Assembly (NCBI GenBank): GCA_964574725.1
Contig: CAZNOV010000001.1
Location: forward strand, 2,971-35,272
Length of the DNA: 32,302 nucleotides
Reading direction: 5' to 3'
Origin: an uncultured Nitrososphaera sp.
GTDB lineage: Archaea; Thermoproteota; Nitrososphaeria; Nitrososphaerales; Nitrososphaeraceae
Of this stretch, positions 16,652 to 24,485 are shown piece by piece. Position 1 is the stretch's first letter. Each line of letters starts with the position of its first letter. Under the pieces are notes generated by a model. The model searched no databases and was not told the origin of the DNA. It was given only the letters and a program-made list of their open reading frames with translations. Both the position numbers and the translations under genes were made by a program.

Positions 16652-16773
16652 CGCTCTGGGATGACCTCTACTGGTATCAACTTGCGCTTGGTGATTCGCC
16701 ACCCGACCTCCAGGGCTACATACGTAGGGATGAAGCCGAGTGCAACCCATGCGACCGATTCGATGAAATCCAT
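16648..16773 (-). CDS. 41-aa single-TM small protein (not in ORF track)
   Basis: MDFIESVAWVALGFIPTYVALEVGWRITKRKLIPVEVIPER, translated by hand; TTAAT box about 30 nt upstream; stop overlaps the next ATG. Confidence 0.7.
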   Translation of the reverse strand: MDFIESVAWVALGFIPTYVALEVGWRITKRKLIPVEVIPER

Positions 16774-17046
16774 TGCAGAGATACGTTGGGCGGAATGAAA
16801 GATTAACCCTGCTCATACCGGTCGCAAGAAAATCAGCTGCTCGTTTGCGTTATCATAAGCAGACTTGACTGTTCAGGAATGCCACGAGAAGACGCCGTTT
16901 ATCTTCGAAAACGGATAGGATGTGAAAAGAACGGCTCAGAGCTAGAAAGCGATCATCATTACCGTTCCTTAGTGCAGTAACAGTAATTGACATCAGACTT
17001 CCCTTCCTCATAAATGTTAAGTGCGGGACTGACCCGGTAATCTTGA

Positions 17047-18774
17047 TTGGCCACAAATAACGCGGAACTCGCCGCGGTGATGCGCGAGCTCGGCTTTCTG
17101 ACCGAGGTTGAAGGCGGCGACAATGCGCAGTTCAGGGCCCGCGCTTACTACAAGGCAGCCGACACCATTGAAAGCCTCCCAGAAAGTATTGTCAGCATCT
17201 ATGTGAAGGGAGGGATGGGAGCCCTTTTGGAAATCCCCTCCATAGGCAAGGCAATCGCCTCAAAATTAGAGGAATTCATCAAGAGCGGCAGGCTTCATCA
17301 GCTAGATGAACTGAAGACCAAGCTGCCTGTTGATACCAAAGAGCTTTCGGGAATTGAAGGAATAGGTCCAAAGACCATCAGGGTTTTGTACGAAAAGCTG
17401 GGAATCAGGAACCTGGCTGATCTCGAAAAGGCGGCCACTGAAGGTCGGCTTCGAACTGTTCCAAGTTTCACCGAGAACAAGGAGAAGGAAGTGCTGAAGA
17501 GAATTGCATTCTTCAAGAAAGGAAAAGGGAGGCACCTCATAGGCGAGATATTCCCTATGATAAGGAAGGTCGAGTCAAGTCTCTTGGAGGTGAAGGGCGT
17601 AAAGAATGCAGTGGCAGCCGGTTCTGTGCGGCGAATGCGGGAAACGATAGGAGACATTGACTATCTGGTATCGTCTGAGGAACCCAATAGAGTCATGGAT
17701 TTTTTCGTGAGTATGCCGGAAGTTGCTCAAGTCATCGCACGGGGACCGGCCAAGGCATTCGTCAAACTCGCCGGCGGAATAGATGCGGATCTGCTTGTCG
17801 TGCCGGCTGAAAGCTGGGGCTCAGCTCTGCAATACTTTACAGGAAGCAAGGATCATTCTGTAGCGCTTCGCAAGATAGCGATTGCAAGAGGATTGCGTCT
17901 TAACGAGTGGGGCGTATTTAGAGGAAAGAAGCGGGTTGCTGGCGAGACTGAGGAAGGGGTATACTCGACGCTAGGGCTACAGTGGGTACCGCCTGAGATG
18001 CGTGAAAACAGGGGCGAAGTAGAGCTTGCGGGCGAGGGCAAGCTTCCCGACTTGATAGGGTATGGGAGCCTGAAAGGCGACATGCAGGTCCACAGCGACC
18101 AGAGCGATGGAAGGGCCACTATTGAGGAGATGTCAAGGGCGGCGAAGGAGTTCGGACTTGACTATATTGCCATCACCGACCATGCGAAGAGCCTCGCGTT
18201 TGCCGGCGGCCTTGACGAAAAGGAACTGTTGGAGCAGGCTGAAAAGATTTCAGCTCTGAATGACAATCTTGAAGGCTTTCGAGTCCTTTCGTCCGCCGAG
18301 GTCAACATAATGAAGGACGGCTCACTTGACATCGCAAGCAACGTCCTTGACAAGCTTGAGGTAGTCGGCGCGGCGATCCACTCCCACTTTTCTTTGCCCG
18401 CCGAAGAGCAGACCCAGCGCCTTGTCAGGGCCGCTGGCAGCCCAAGCATAGACATTCTTTTCCACCCTACCGGGAGGATTATCAACAGGCGCGAGGGGTA
18501 TCCCGTTGATATCGGGAACTTGCTGGATGCTGCCTTGGACACGGGCACTGCACTTGAAATCGATGCGCATTACGACAGGCTGGATCTCAGGGACGATTAC
18601 GTTCGGATGGCGGTGAAAAAAGGCGTCAAACTGGTTATAGATTCTGATGCGCACCACCCGATCCATTTTGCATTTCTGACTTTTGGCATAGCTCAGGCAA
18701 GGCGCGGGTGGGCGACCCAGACCGATGTCCTGAACACTCTCCCCGCCAGCGATTTGCTCTCAAGTCTTAAGTAA
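17047..18774 (+). CDS. polX: family X DNA polymerase / PHP 3'-5' exonuclease
   Basis: HhH motifs, AGSVRR..ETIGDID, YFTGSK.H, LNEWG and PPEMRE; PHP motifs QVHS..SDG, ITDH and DSDAH. Confidence 0.96.
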   Translation: MATNNAELAAVMRELGFLTEVEGGDNAQFRARAYYKAADTIESLPESIVSIYVKGGMGALLEIPSIGKAIASKLEEFIKSGRLHQLDELKTKLPVDTKELSGIEGIGPKTIRVLYEKLGIRNLADLEKAATEGRLRTVPSFTENKEKEVLKRIAFFKKGKGRHLIGEIFPMIRKVESSLLEVKGVKNAVAAGSVRRMRETIGDIDYLVSSEEPNRVMDFFVSMPEVAQVIARGPAKAFVKLAGGIDADLLVVPAESWGSALQYFTGSKDHSVALRKIAIARGLRLNEWGVFRGKKRVAGETEEGVYSTLGLQWVPPEMRENRGEVELAGEGKLPDLIGYGSLKGDMQVHSDQSDGRATIEEMSRAAKEFGLDYIAITDHAKSLAFAGGLDEKELLEQAEKISALNDNLEGFRVLSSAEVNIMKDGSLDIASNVLDKLEVVGAAIHSHFSLPAEEQTQRLVRAAGSPSIDILFHPTGRIINRREGYPVDIGNLLDAALDTGTALEIDAHYDRLDLRDDYVRMAVKKGVKLVIDSDAHHPIHFAFLTFGIAQARRGWATQTDVLNTLPASDLLSSLK

Positions 18775-18808
18775 ATCATATATCGGGTATCGATAATCAA
18801 TATGCGCT

Positions 18809-19366
18809 GTGAGCACGACTGTTGAAAGGGCAGATCTGAGGGAGAGGAAGATCTTCCTTGGCGTCTTTTACTTTTGTGCCTTCGTCATGGCTGCGATTAC
18901 TTTTTACGCGATATATGTGAGCCTCAACGAGTACCTGCAGACGGGCAGGGTGGTCATCGGGGAAGTGCTTGTGGAAACCGAGTTTCCATTCAAGGGTCTT
19001 GCCAAACTGGTCACATATTTGATGATAGTTTCTGTGGTAGGGTGGTATTGCGTCGTAAAGCTTGGAGGCGACAAGGTAACGAGTATACCAAAGTGGCTGA
19101 AGGCGATTCTGCGGCTTATTGTCCTTGCTATAGCCGCGGTGTCGTTATATGAATTCGCCTACAACTTTATGGTGTGGAATTCGCTCATCACGGCGGACGC
19201 AATAAGGGGCGTAATAGATATCGATGACAAGAATGTGGCGTATCCCAACCCCAAGACCCCGTGGAACCTAGTATTCGCAACGAAAATGTCTCTTGCGGCA
19301 TTTCTGATTTCGGGCCATGGCTTTTACACAATGTCGAAGCCGGAAAAGAAGCGGGCTCTAGAATAG
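18809..19366 (+). CDS. hypothetical membrane protein (about 4 TM)
   Basis: Four hydrophobic segments; YPNP..PWNLVFATK stretch; GTG start. Confidence 0.8.
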   Translation: MSTTVERADLRERKIFLGVFYFCAFVMAAITFYAIYVSLNEYLQTGRVVIGEVLVETEFPFKGLAKLVTYLMIVSVVGWYCVVKLGGDKVTSIPKWLKAILRLIVLAIAAVSLYEFAYNFMVWNSLITADAIRGVIDIDDKNVAYPNPKTPWNLVFATKMSLAAFLISGHGFYTMSKPEKKRALE

Positions 19367-20506
19367 CCAGTCCTTTATCCTTGTTCTTTCAAAGTCCTGC
19401 TTTTTCTCGTAGTTCTCGGCGGAGGGCGCCTTCATGTTGAGCAGCGGACCGGCCTGGTTGTAAAAGTCAGCTTCGAGATAGCCCGCGCGGCCATTGCCTA
19501 CTTCCATAAAGCAGTAGCCTTGTCCCGAGAATGTCGTGATCGACGGCGTGCTTACAATTTCATCAATTATCTGCTGTGCGACCACCTTTGCCTGTTCTTC
19601 TGCAAAAATGCCTGCCTTGGGCAGGGCAAGGTTACTGACCTTAATCTCGGTGACATCCCCTATTGCAAAGATGTTTCCAATGGATGTTTTCATTGTATGC
19701 TTGTCAACCTGAATCCAGTCTCCTCCACCGGTCAGCCCCGAGTTTCTGACCACTTCAGGAACCCGATGGGGTGGGATGCCCGCTAGAAGATCGTAATCCT
19801 TTTTGGTTCCATTTTCAAATTCCAGCTGTTTGTCTGTAACCGACTGGAGCTTGTGGAGGGGATTAAATCGAACCCCATTCTGAGAAATAATTTCAACGAC
19901 GCCGGCGCTTATCTGGGGACCTGCAACAGGCAGCGCAATCGGTGCCGGCGTATACAGGTCAATCTCTACAGCATTTCTTGACCCACTCTTTTTCAATACG
20001 TTGCTGATGATAATCGAAGCCTCGTATGGCGCTGGCGGGCACTTGTAGGGCATTCCCATGATGGTTATTGCCACCCTCCCTCTGTTGATGGAAAGCAGTC
20101 TGTCGCGGAGCTTTGGCACCTGCTGAGGGTCGTAAAGGTTGTAGCCTCTCCCTATAAAGCCTGGAACCTTTTCCGGCGCAAGCTCGGCACCGAGCGCGAC
20201 TATCAAGTAGTCGTATTCTATCCAGCCATGATCCTTGGCATGAACCTTGCCGGAGCCGCTGTCTATCTTTGTAACCTCGTCGTTCAGAAATTCGATTCCT
20301 TTTGCGTTCAGCCCATTCAGCGGCGTCTGGGATTCCTCAAGCTTCCTGATCCCTTCAAGTATCCAGAGCTTCACGAGACCCATCATGAACCAGTTTTTCC
20401 TGTCTATCACCATGACACGATGGTCGGAGTGAAGATTTTTTCTCAGGATGTTTGCCGCGGTGAGACCCCCAAAGCCGGCGCCCAGAATCAGGATTCGTTT
20501 TCCCAT
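19358..20506 (-). CDS. FAD-dependent oxidoreductase, sulfide:quinone oxidoreductase-like
   Basis: ILGAGFGG, YDYLIVALG, YKCPPAPYE, FAIGD, LPKAG.FA and GYCFME (two SQR-type cysteines). Confidence 0.85.
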   Translation of the reverse strand: MGKRILILGAGFGGLTAANILRKNLHSDHRVMVIDRKNWFMMGLVKLWILEGIRKLEESQTPLNGLNAKGIEFLNDEVTKIDSGSGKVHAKDHGWIEYDYLIVALGAELAPEKVPGFIGRGYNLYDPQQVPKLRDRLLSINRGRVAITIMGMPYKCPPAPYEASIIISNVLKKSGSRNAVEIDLYTPAPIALPVAGPQISAGVVEIISQNGVRFNPLHKLQSVTDKQLEFENGTKKDYDLLAGIPPHRVPEVVRNSGLTGGGDWIQVDKHTMKTSIGNIFAIGDVTEIKVSNLALPKAGIFAEEQAKVVAQQIIDEIVSTPSITTFSGQGYCFMEVGNGRAGYLEADFYNQAGPLLNMKAPSAENYEKKQDFERTRIKDWLF

Positions 20507-20545
20507 GCATGTGGGATCGGCGGGCTTCGTAAAAACTTTTTAGGG

Positions 20546-20743
20546 ATGTATGCTTTTAATAGCACGGTGCCGGAAGAAAAAAGATCCAAAGATGATCCAA
20601 CGTATACGCTCTATGACGACGCGACGATCGAGCGTATGAAGCGGTATTACAAGATTGATGATCGCGACGAATTGCTGAAGTTTATCAAAAGCCGTGGGAT
20701 CCGCCGGCATTTTGACATGCTGGAAGACAACAAGTCATCGTAA
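20546..20743 (+). CDS. small hypothetical protein (58-65 aa; GTG 20567 alternative start)
   Basis: Non-overlapping 3' part of ORF 20228..20743; charged helical composition. Confidence 0.55.
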   Translation: MYAFNSTVPEEKRSKDDPTYTLYDDATIERMKRYYKIDDRDELLKFIKSRGIRRHFDMLEDNKSS

Positions 20744-22345
20744 ATCAACCGTAATCTGCGAACCTTTGGTCGATACTTCCCCTCCCTCGTTCTGAACCCC
20801 CCATTTCCATAGCACCTTCCAGTGGGAGTTACCGGAATTAATCGGGCTCATTTTTGCGCAATGCTTGTCTCCCTTATCGTCGTAATAGGCAGGGCAATCA
20901 AAAGTCACAGTGCGCTTAATTGAGGATTCGTCTGGCACGGAAACGCCGGCCTGGAAAAAGAAGGCGTTTCCCGCATCGGGATTTGTGATTGGCATGCCAG
21001 CCCAAATTACGCCGAGGTTAAAGTATGGATTCTCTATTATGGGAGCCTTGAATGAGCTGTACTTTGACCAGTTGCCGGATTCAATTCTGAAGTACCAGTT
21101 CACCTCTTTGCTTGCCTGTTCCCATTCCATTGCAAGCATCAGAGATCGGGATTGTGTTGGCAAGACGACTTTGGATTCATGCATTGTCGATATCCATGGA
21201 TAGCCTGAGCATGCTATGTTCTGATCACATGTCTCCCAGGCCCTCGCAACAAGATATGTCTCAGATCCAGCCAGCAGTAAGTCAGCCCTGTATCCGTAGT
21301 CCAGTCCGTCTTTGCAGCAGTTCGGAGACTGGGCTCCTATGCCCGCGAGTACAAAATCCTTTATGTCATTGCCGAGTTGCGATATTTCGATTCCCACCTC
21401 GACCCTTTTTGTAGAAAAATACGTGTCTGATTGGTGGTAGGCTCCTGAATAGTACGTGGGCTTTGCCAGCATGCCTTCTTCGGGATGTGTTGAAAGGTCC
21501 ATCGGGGCGTCAAGGTAGGGATGCACTGCGGTGGCGGCAAAGATCCCTAGCATCAATGGAAATATCAGCGATGAGAATCTCGCATCTCCCATCCTTGGCA
21601 GCCCTTGTGTCGCGGCTTTCATACCCAGTAGCGCGGTAGGCACTCCACCGGCTAGCATTATTAGTAGCACCGGCGCAGCCGATGGACGAATCCCAACGAA
21701 CAATGCAGAAAGCACAGCCCAGGCACCAACTACGGAATACAATGCATATTTCATTTTGTAACCCGCCATGAGGTAACAAACAATCCCAGAAAAAAAGAAA
21801 GGAACCGTCGGAGCAAAACCCAGTACGATCAGCCCTGTCCCATCAGCCATGAATGTGGCGAACAAAAGCCCGGTCGGAAAGTAGCCGACAAGAACTGCAG
21901 CGATCGCGCCAAACAGCACGGTTTCACGCCCCATCTCTCCAGTCCGGTTATCGTTTTTCATCGATCTCTTGCCCATGAAAAGGCCCATAGATGCCGCCGT
22001 AAACAACAACGTTGCCAATCGGATTCCACCGGCGCCGTCCGGACCGGCATAGTAGCATTGCCGCGTGTCGCAAAGATGGTAAAGTGAGTAGGTCAGTACA
22101 GCGATAATGATCGCGATCATGCCCGCGGAGAGATAGAGTCTTGATCCGTGGAATGCCCTGCCGAGTACAAACCCCAGTGCGAGCTCTGATGCAAGAAAGA
22201 CCCAAAGGCGGGCGCCCGAGAACGCGAAGAAAGAAGGTTCCCGATTAAGGTAGAGGTAGAAGGTGAACGATTCGAACGCAACAGGCAGAACGATCATCCC
22301 GGCGCAACTCAGAGCAACTGTTGTCCGACTGCCCAGCACCATCAT
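20735..22345 (-). CDS. polytopic membrane protein with C-terminal extracytoplasmic Cys-containing beta domain
   Basis: About 9 TM segments in the first ~280 aa, then a soluble aromatic/Cys-rich domain. Confidence 0.8.
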   Translation of the reverse strand: MMVLGSRTTVALSCAGMIVLPVAFESFTFYLYLNREPSFFAFSGARLWVFLASELALGFVLGRAFHGSRLYLSAGMIAIIIAVLTYSLYHLCDTRQCYYAGPDGAGGIRLATLLFTAASMGLFMGKRSMKNDNRTGEMGRETVLFGAIAAVLVGYFPTGLLFATFMADGTGLIVLGFAPTVPFFFSGIVCYLMAGYKMKYALYSVVGAWAVLSALFVGIRPSAAPVLLIMLAGGVPTALLGMKAATQGLPRMGDARFSSLIFPLMLGIFAATAVHPYLDAPMDLSTHPEEGMLAKPTYYSGAYHQSDTYFSTKRVEVGIEISQLGNDIKDFVLAGIGAQSPNCCKDGLDYGYRADLLLAGSETYLVARAWETCDQNIACSGYPWISTMHESKVVLPTQSRSLMLAMEWEQASKEVNWYFRIESGNWSKYSSFKAPIIENPYFNLGVIWAGMPITNPDAGNAFFFQAGVSVPDESSIKRTVTFDCPAYYDDKGDKHCAKMSPINSGNSHWKVLWKWGVQNEGGEVSTKGSQITVDLR

Positions 22346-22456
22346 AACATCAGGGCGAGCGGATTTATCGCTTGCTCACTCTTGGCGAGTCCCCAAAGTG
22401 ACTCCTTTAGATGCGTGTATATTGTCTGCAATTTCTCAAAGGAATGACAAGCGATG

Positions 22457-23197
22457 TCAGCGTTCTTGCGACGTCGGCCTTACCAAGATTTCATTCACGT
22501 TTACGTGATCAGGTGACTCTACCGCGAACAGAATGGCATTTGCGATGTCTTCGGCGCGCAGCGCTTCCATCTGCTTTGTTGCTTCAACAAATTTTTCAAG
22601 TGACTTGTCGGTTATCGTATTCGTCAGCTCAGTCGCAACGACGCCAGGCTCGATGCAGGTGACGCGTATGTTCGCTCTCTGGCTCAGCTCCAGTCTGAGC
22701 CCTTCGCTAAAAGCTGTGATGGCATGCTTTGTGGCGCAATAGACGCTGCCCGCAGGAAAGACTATTCTCCCTGCCACTGAAGAGATATTTACAATGTGTC
22801 CTGATTTCTTGCTCAACATGTGTGGGACCGTAGCTGCTGTGCAGTACAGTACTCCCTTTATGTTGACGTCGATCATCTTATCCCACTCGTCCACCTTCAT
22901 GCTCTTGAAGAAGCTCAGTGGCATGAGGCCTGCGTTGTTGACGAGAATGTCAACAGTGCCCCATCTCTTGATGACAGCATCGACAAATGAGTCGCACTCG
23001 GCTTTTTTTGTAACGTCCAGCCTTTGAGTTAGAATTTCTCCACCGTTCTTTGTAACTTCGCTTTCAAGAGATCCCAGCCTGTCCGTGCGCCTTGCCCCCG
23101 CTGCCACTCTGGCGCCCGCCTTCGACAACGCAAGACAGGTCGCGTACCCGATGCCGCTGCTGGCGCCCGTAACGATTGCCACCTTGCCACGTATCAT
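22457..23197 (-). CDS. short-chain dehydrogenase/reductase (YdfG-like, likely NADP)
   Basis: TGASSGIG, ARR, NNAG, NISSVAG and YCATK motifs. Confidence 0.95.
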   Translation of the reverse strand: MIRGKVAIVTGASSGIGYATCLALSKAGARVAAGARRTDRLGSLESEVTKNGGEILTQRLDVTKKAECDSFVDAVIKRWGTVDILVNNAGLMPLSFFKSMKVDEWDKMIDVNIKGVLYCTAATVPHMLSKKSGHIVNISSVAGRIVFPAGSVYCATKHAITAFSEGLRLELSQRANIRVTCIEPGVVATELTNTITDKSLEKFVEATKQMEALRAEDIANAILFAVESPDHVNVNEILVRPTSQER

Positions 23198-23281
23198 TCT
23201 ATGTCATGGAAAATCGCTTGTTGTAATAATATCTTTTTGCAGGATGAAAAATTTAAGTATGGAGTTCGCTCTTCTATTGGC

Positions 23282-23464
23282 GTGAGCCTGGACGACAGAG
23301 ACGAGCTTAACTACCTGTGGACCAAAGTCAAATTTATCCAGAAATACATGCGCAAGACAGGCTCGACTTATGAGGTAGCAGAGCGCGAATTTCATGGCTG
23401 GATCGAAGGGCTGATGGACAGCAGGATAGAGCTCGCAAACAAGATGTTGAACTCCCGGCTCTAG
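23282..23464 (+). CDS. small hypothetical protein (60 aa)
   Basis: GTG start about 25 nt after an ATTTAAGT box; helical amphipathic sequence (ORF track start 23201). Confidence 0.6.
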   Translation: MSLDDRDELNYLWTKVKFIQKYMRKTGSTYEVAEREFHGWIEGLMDSRIELANKMLNSRL

Positions 23465-23754
23465 ACGCTTTGCTCCTGTTGCTGAATCTTTTGCTTTCTG
23501 GCCATAAAAAGTAGCAGCGCCCCGAACATCGCGAGAACAATCGCAAGCCCTAGCGCGCCGCCATTCGGGACGGCAACAAAATATGCAACCGAAAAGGCAA
23601 AGCACGTTGCTGCCTGCAACAAAAACGACATAACCTGGCGCATGCCGGTCTTTTTGGCAATGTATCCGATTGCAAAGAAAACCGCGGCAGGATAGATGGT
23701 CAGCAGGATAAACTGGTCTATGTCGATCCCAAGATGGACCATCGCCCAGACCAA
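23461..23754 (-). CDS. small membrane protein (3 TM)
   Basis: Three hydrophobic helices with a basic C-terminal tail; ATG 23742 alternative start. Confidence 0.72.
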   Translation of the reverse strand: MVWAMVHLGIDIDQFILLTIYPAAVFFAIGYIAKKTGMRQVMSFLLQAATCFAFSVAYFVAVPNGGALGLAIVLAMFGALLLFMARKQKIQQQEQSV

Positions 23755-23832
23755 AGTTAGGCGGGCGCTAATAATAATTTTCTTTTTGGCGGCGGCTCCT
23801 AAAGCTTGAGGTCGATGGCATGACTGCCGCTA

Positions 23833-24423
23833 TCACGTTTGCACATGCACTTCAAGGGCAACTCCGCTTTCGATTATTGAACGCGCGTTTTCAAAAGGAA
23901 GGGTTGCCACGTCTTCCTGCTGGAAGGGACCGTACTTGTTCATGTCGACGCCTACGAATGACTCCATCGACTTGACGAACCTGACGACTATCTGCCTGCT
24001 TCGGACTTTGACTGAAATGGATTCTAGCACCTTGGTCCTTCCCTTCACCGTAGCCGCGATTACTTCGTTGGACCTGCGGTCGGATTCCCTTCTGCTGTCG
24101 AGCACGTACTTTTCCTCGTCCGTAAGCTTTGAGTAGTCAAGAGGTTCGATGTTTGCGCGAATCTTGCGCAGCCGAATCTCCAGCAGGAGCGTGGCAGAGC
24201 CCGCAAGAAGATCTACCATTCGATCCCTTATTTTCGCCTCGATACCTTCGTACCCCTGTCCCCTGAGGCTTCCTACAGCCGCAGCTAGTCTCTGATATGT
24301 GCCCGGCTCGATCGCCTGAAGGGAGCTTGATTCGAGTTCCGCCCTGAGCAGCCGGTAAACTTCCTTTAGCGTATAGCTGCCGGCTACGGCCTCGGCCTCG
24401 CTGCTCTTTTGCTGACCAGACAT
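23833..24423 (-). CDS. DNA replication GINS complex subunit (GINS15/Gins51 type)
   Basis: Helical A-domain (R..KI, LT.EEK) followed by B-domain VRFVK...FVGVD...YGPF..EDVA.LP.ENA. Confidence 0.88.
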   Translation of the reverse strand: MSGQQKSSEAEAVAGSYTLKEVYRLLRAELESSSLQAIEPGTYQRLAAAVGSLRGQGYEGIEAKIRDRMVDLLAGSATLLLEIRLRKIRANIEPLDYSKLTDEEKYVLDSRRESDRRSNEVIAATVKGRTKVLESISVKVRSRQIVVRFVKSMESFVGVDMNKYGPFQQEDVATLPFENARSIIESGVALEVHVQT

Positions 24424-24450
24424 TTTGGATCGCCAACAATCCTTAAATTG

Positions 24451-24468
24451 TAGGATTCTAGAGTCCTA
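24451..24468. promoter_or_regulatory. near-perfect palindrome TAGGA-N8-TCCTA between TATA-like box and glnA start (candidate nitrogen operator)
   Basis: TAGGATTCTAGAGTCCTA with 8/9 dyad pairs; TTAAAT box at 24443-24448; glnA TTG at 24486. Confidence 0.6.
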
Positions 24469-24485
24469 TTTCTGGGGTATTCCGG

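Noticed and set aside
16526-16816. 96-aa ORF as given in the track
   Set aside because: The N-terminal 55 aa look non-proteinaceous and overlap a better small ORF in another frame. Only the last 41 aa were kept.
16853-17056. 67-aa minus ORF and short plus-strand ORFs upstream of polX
   Set aside because: The minus ORF overlaps the polX start and promoter; no motif or compositional support.
15575-18774. dCMP deaminase plus PolX/PHP as a defence island
   Set aside because: Both look like standard housekeeping/repair families, are divergently oriented, and have no mobile or defence genes nearby.
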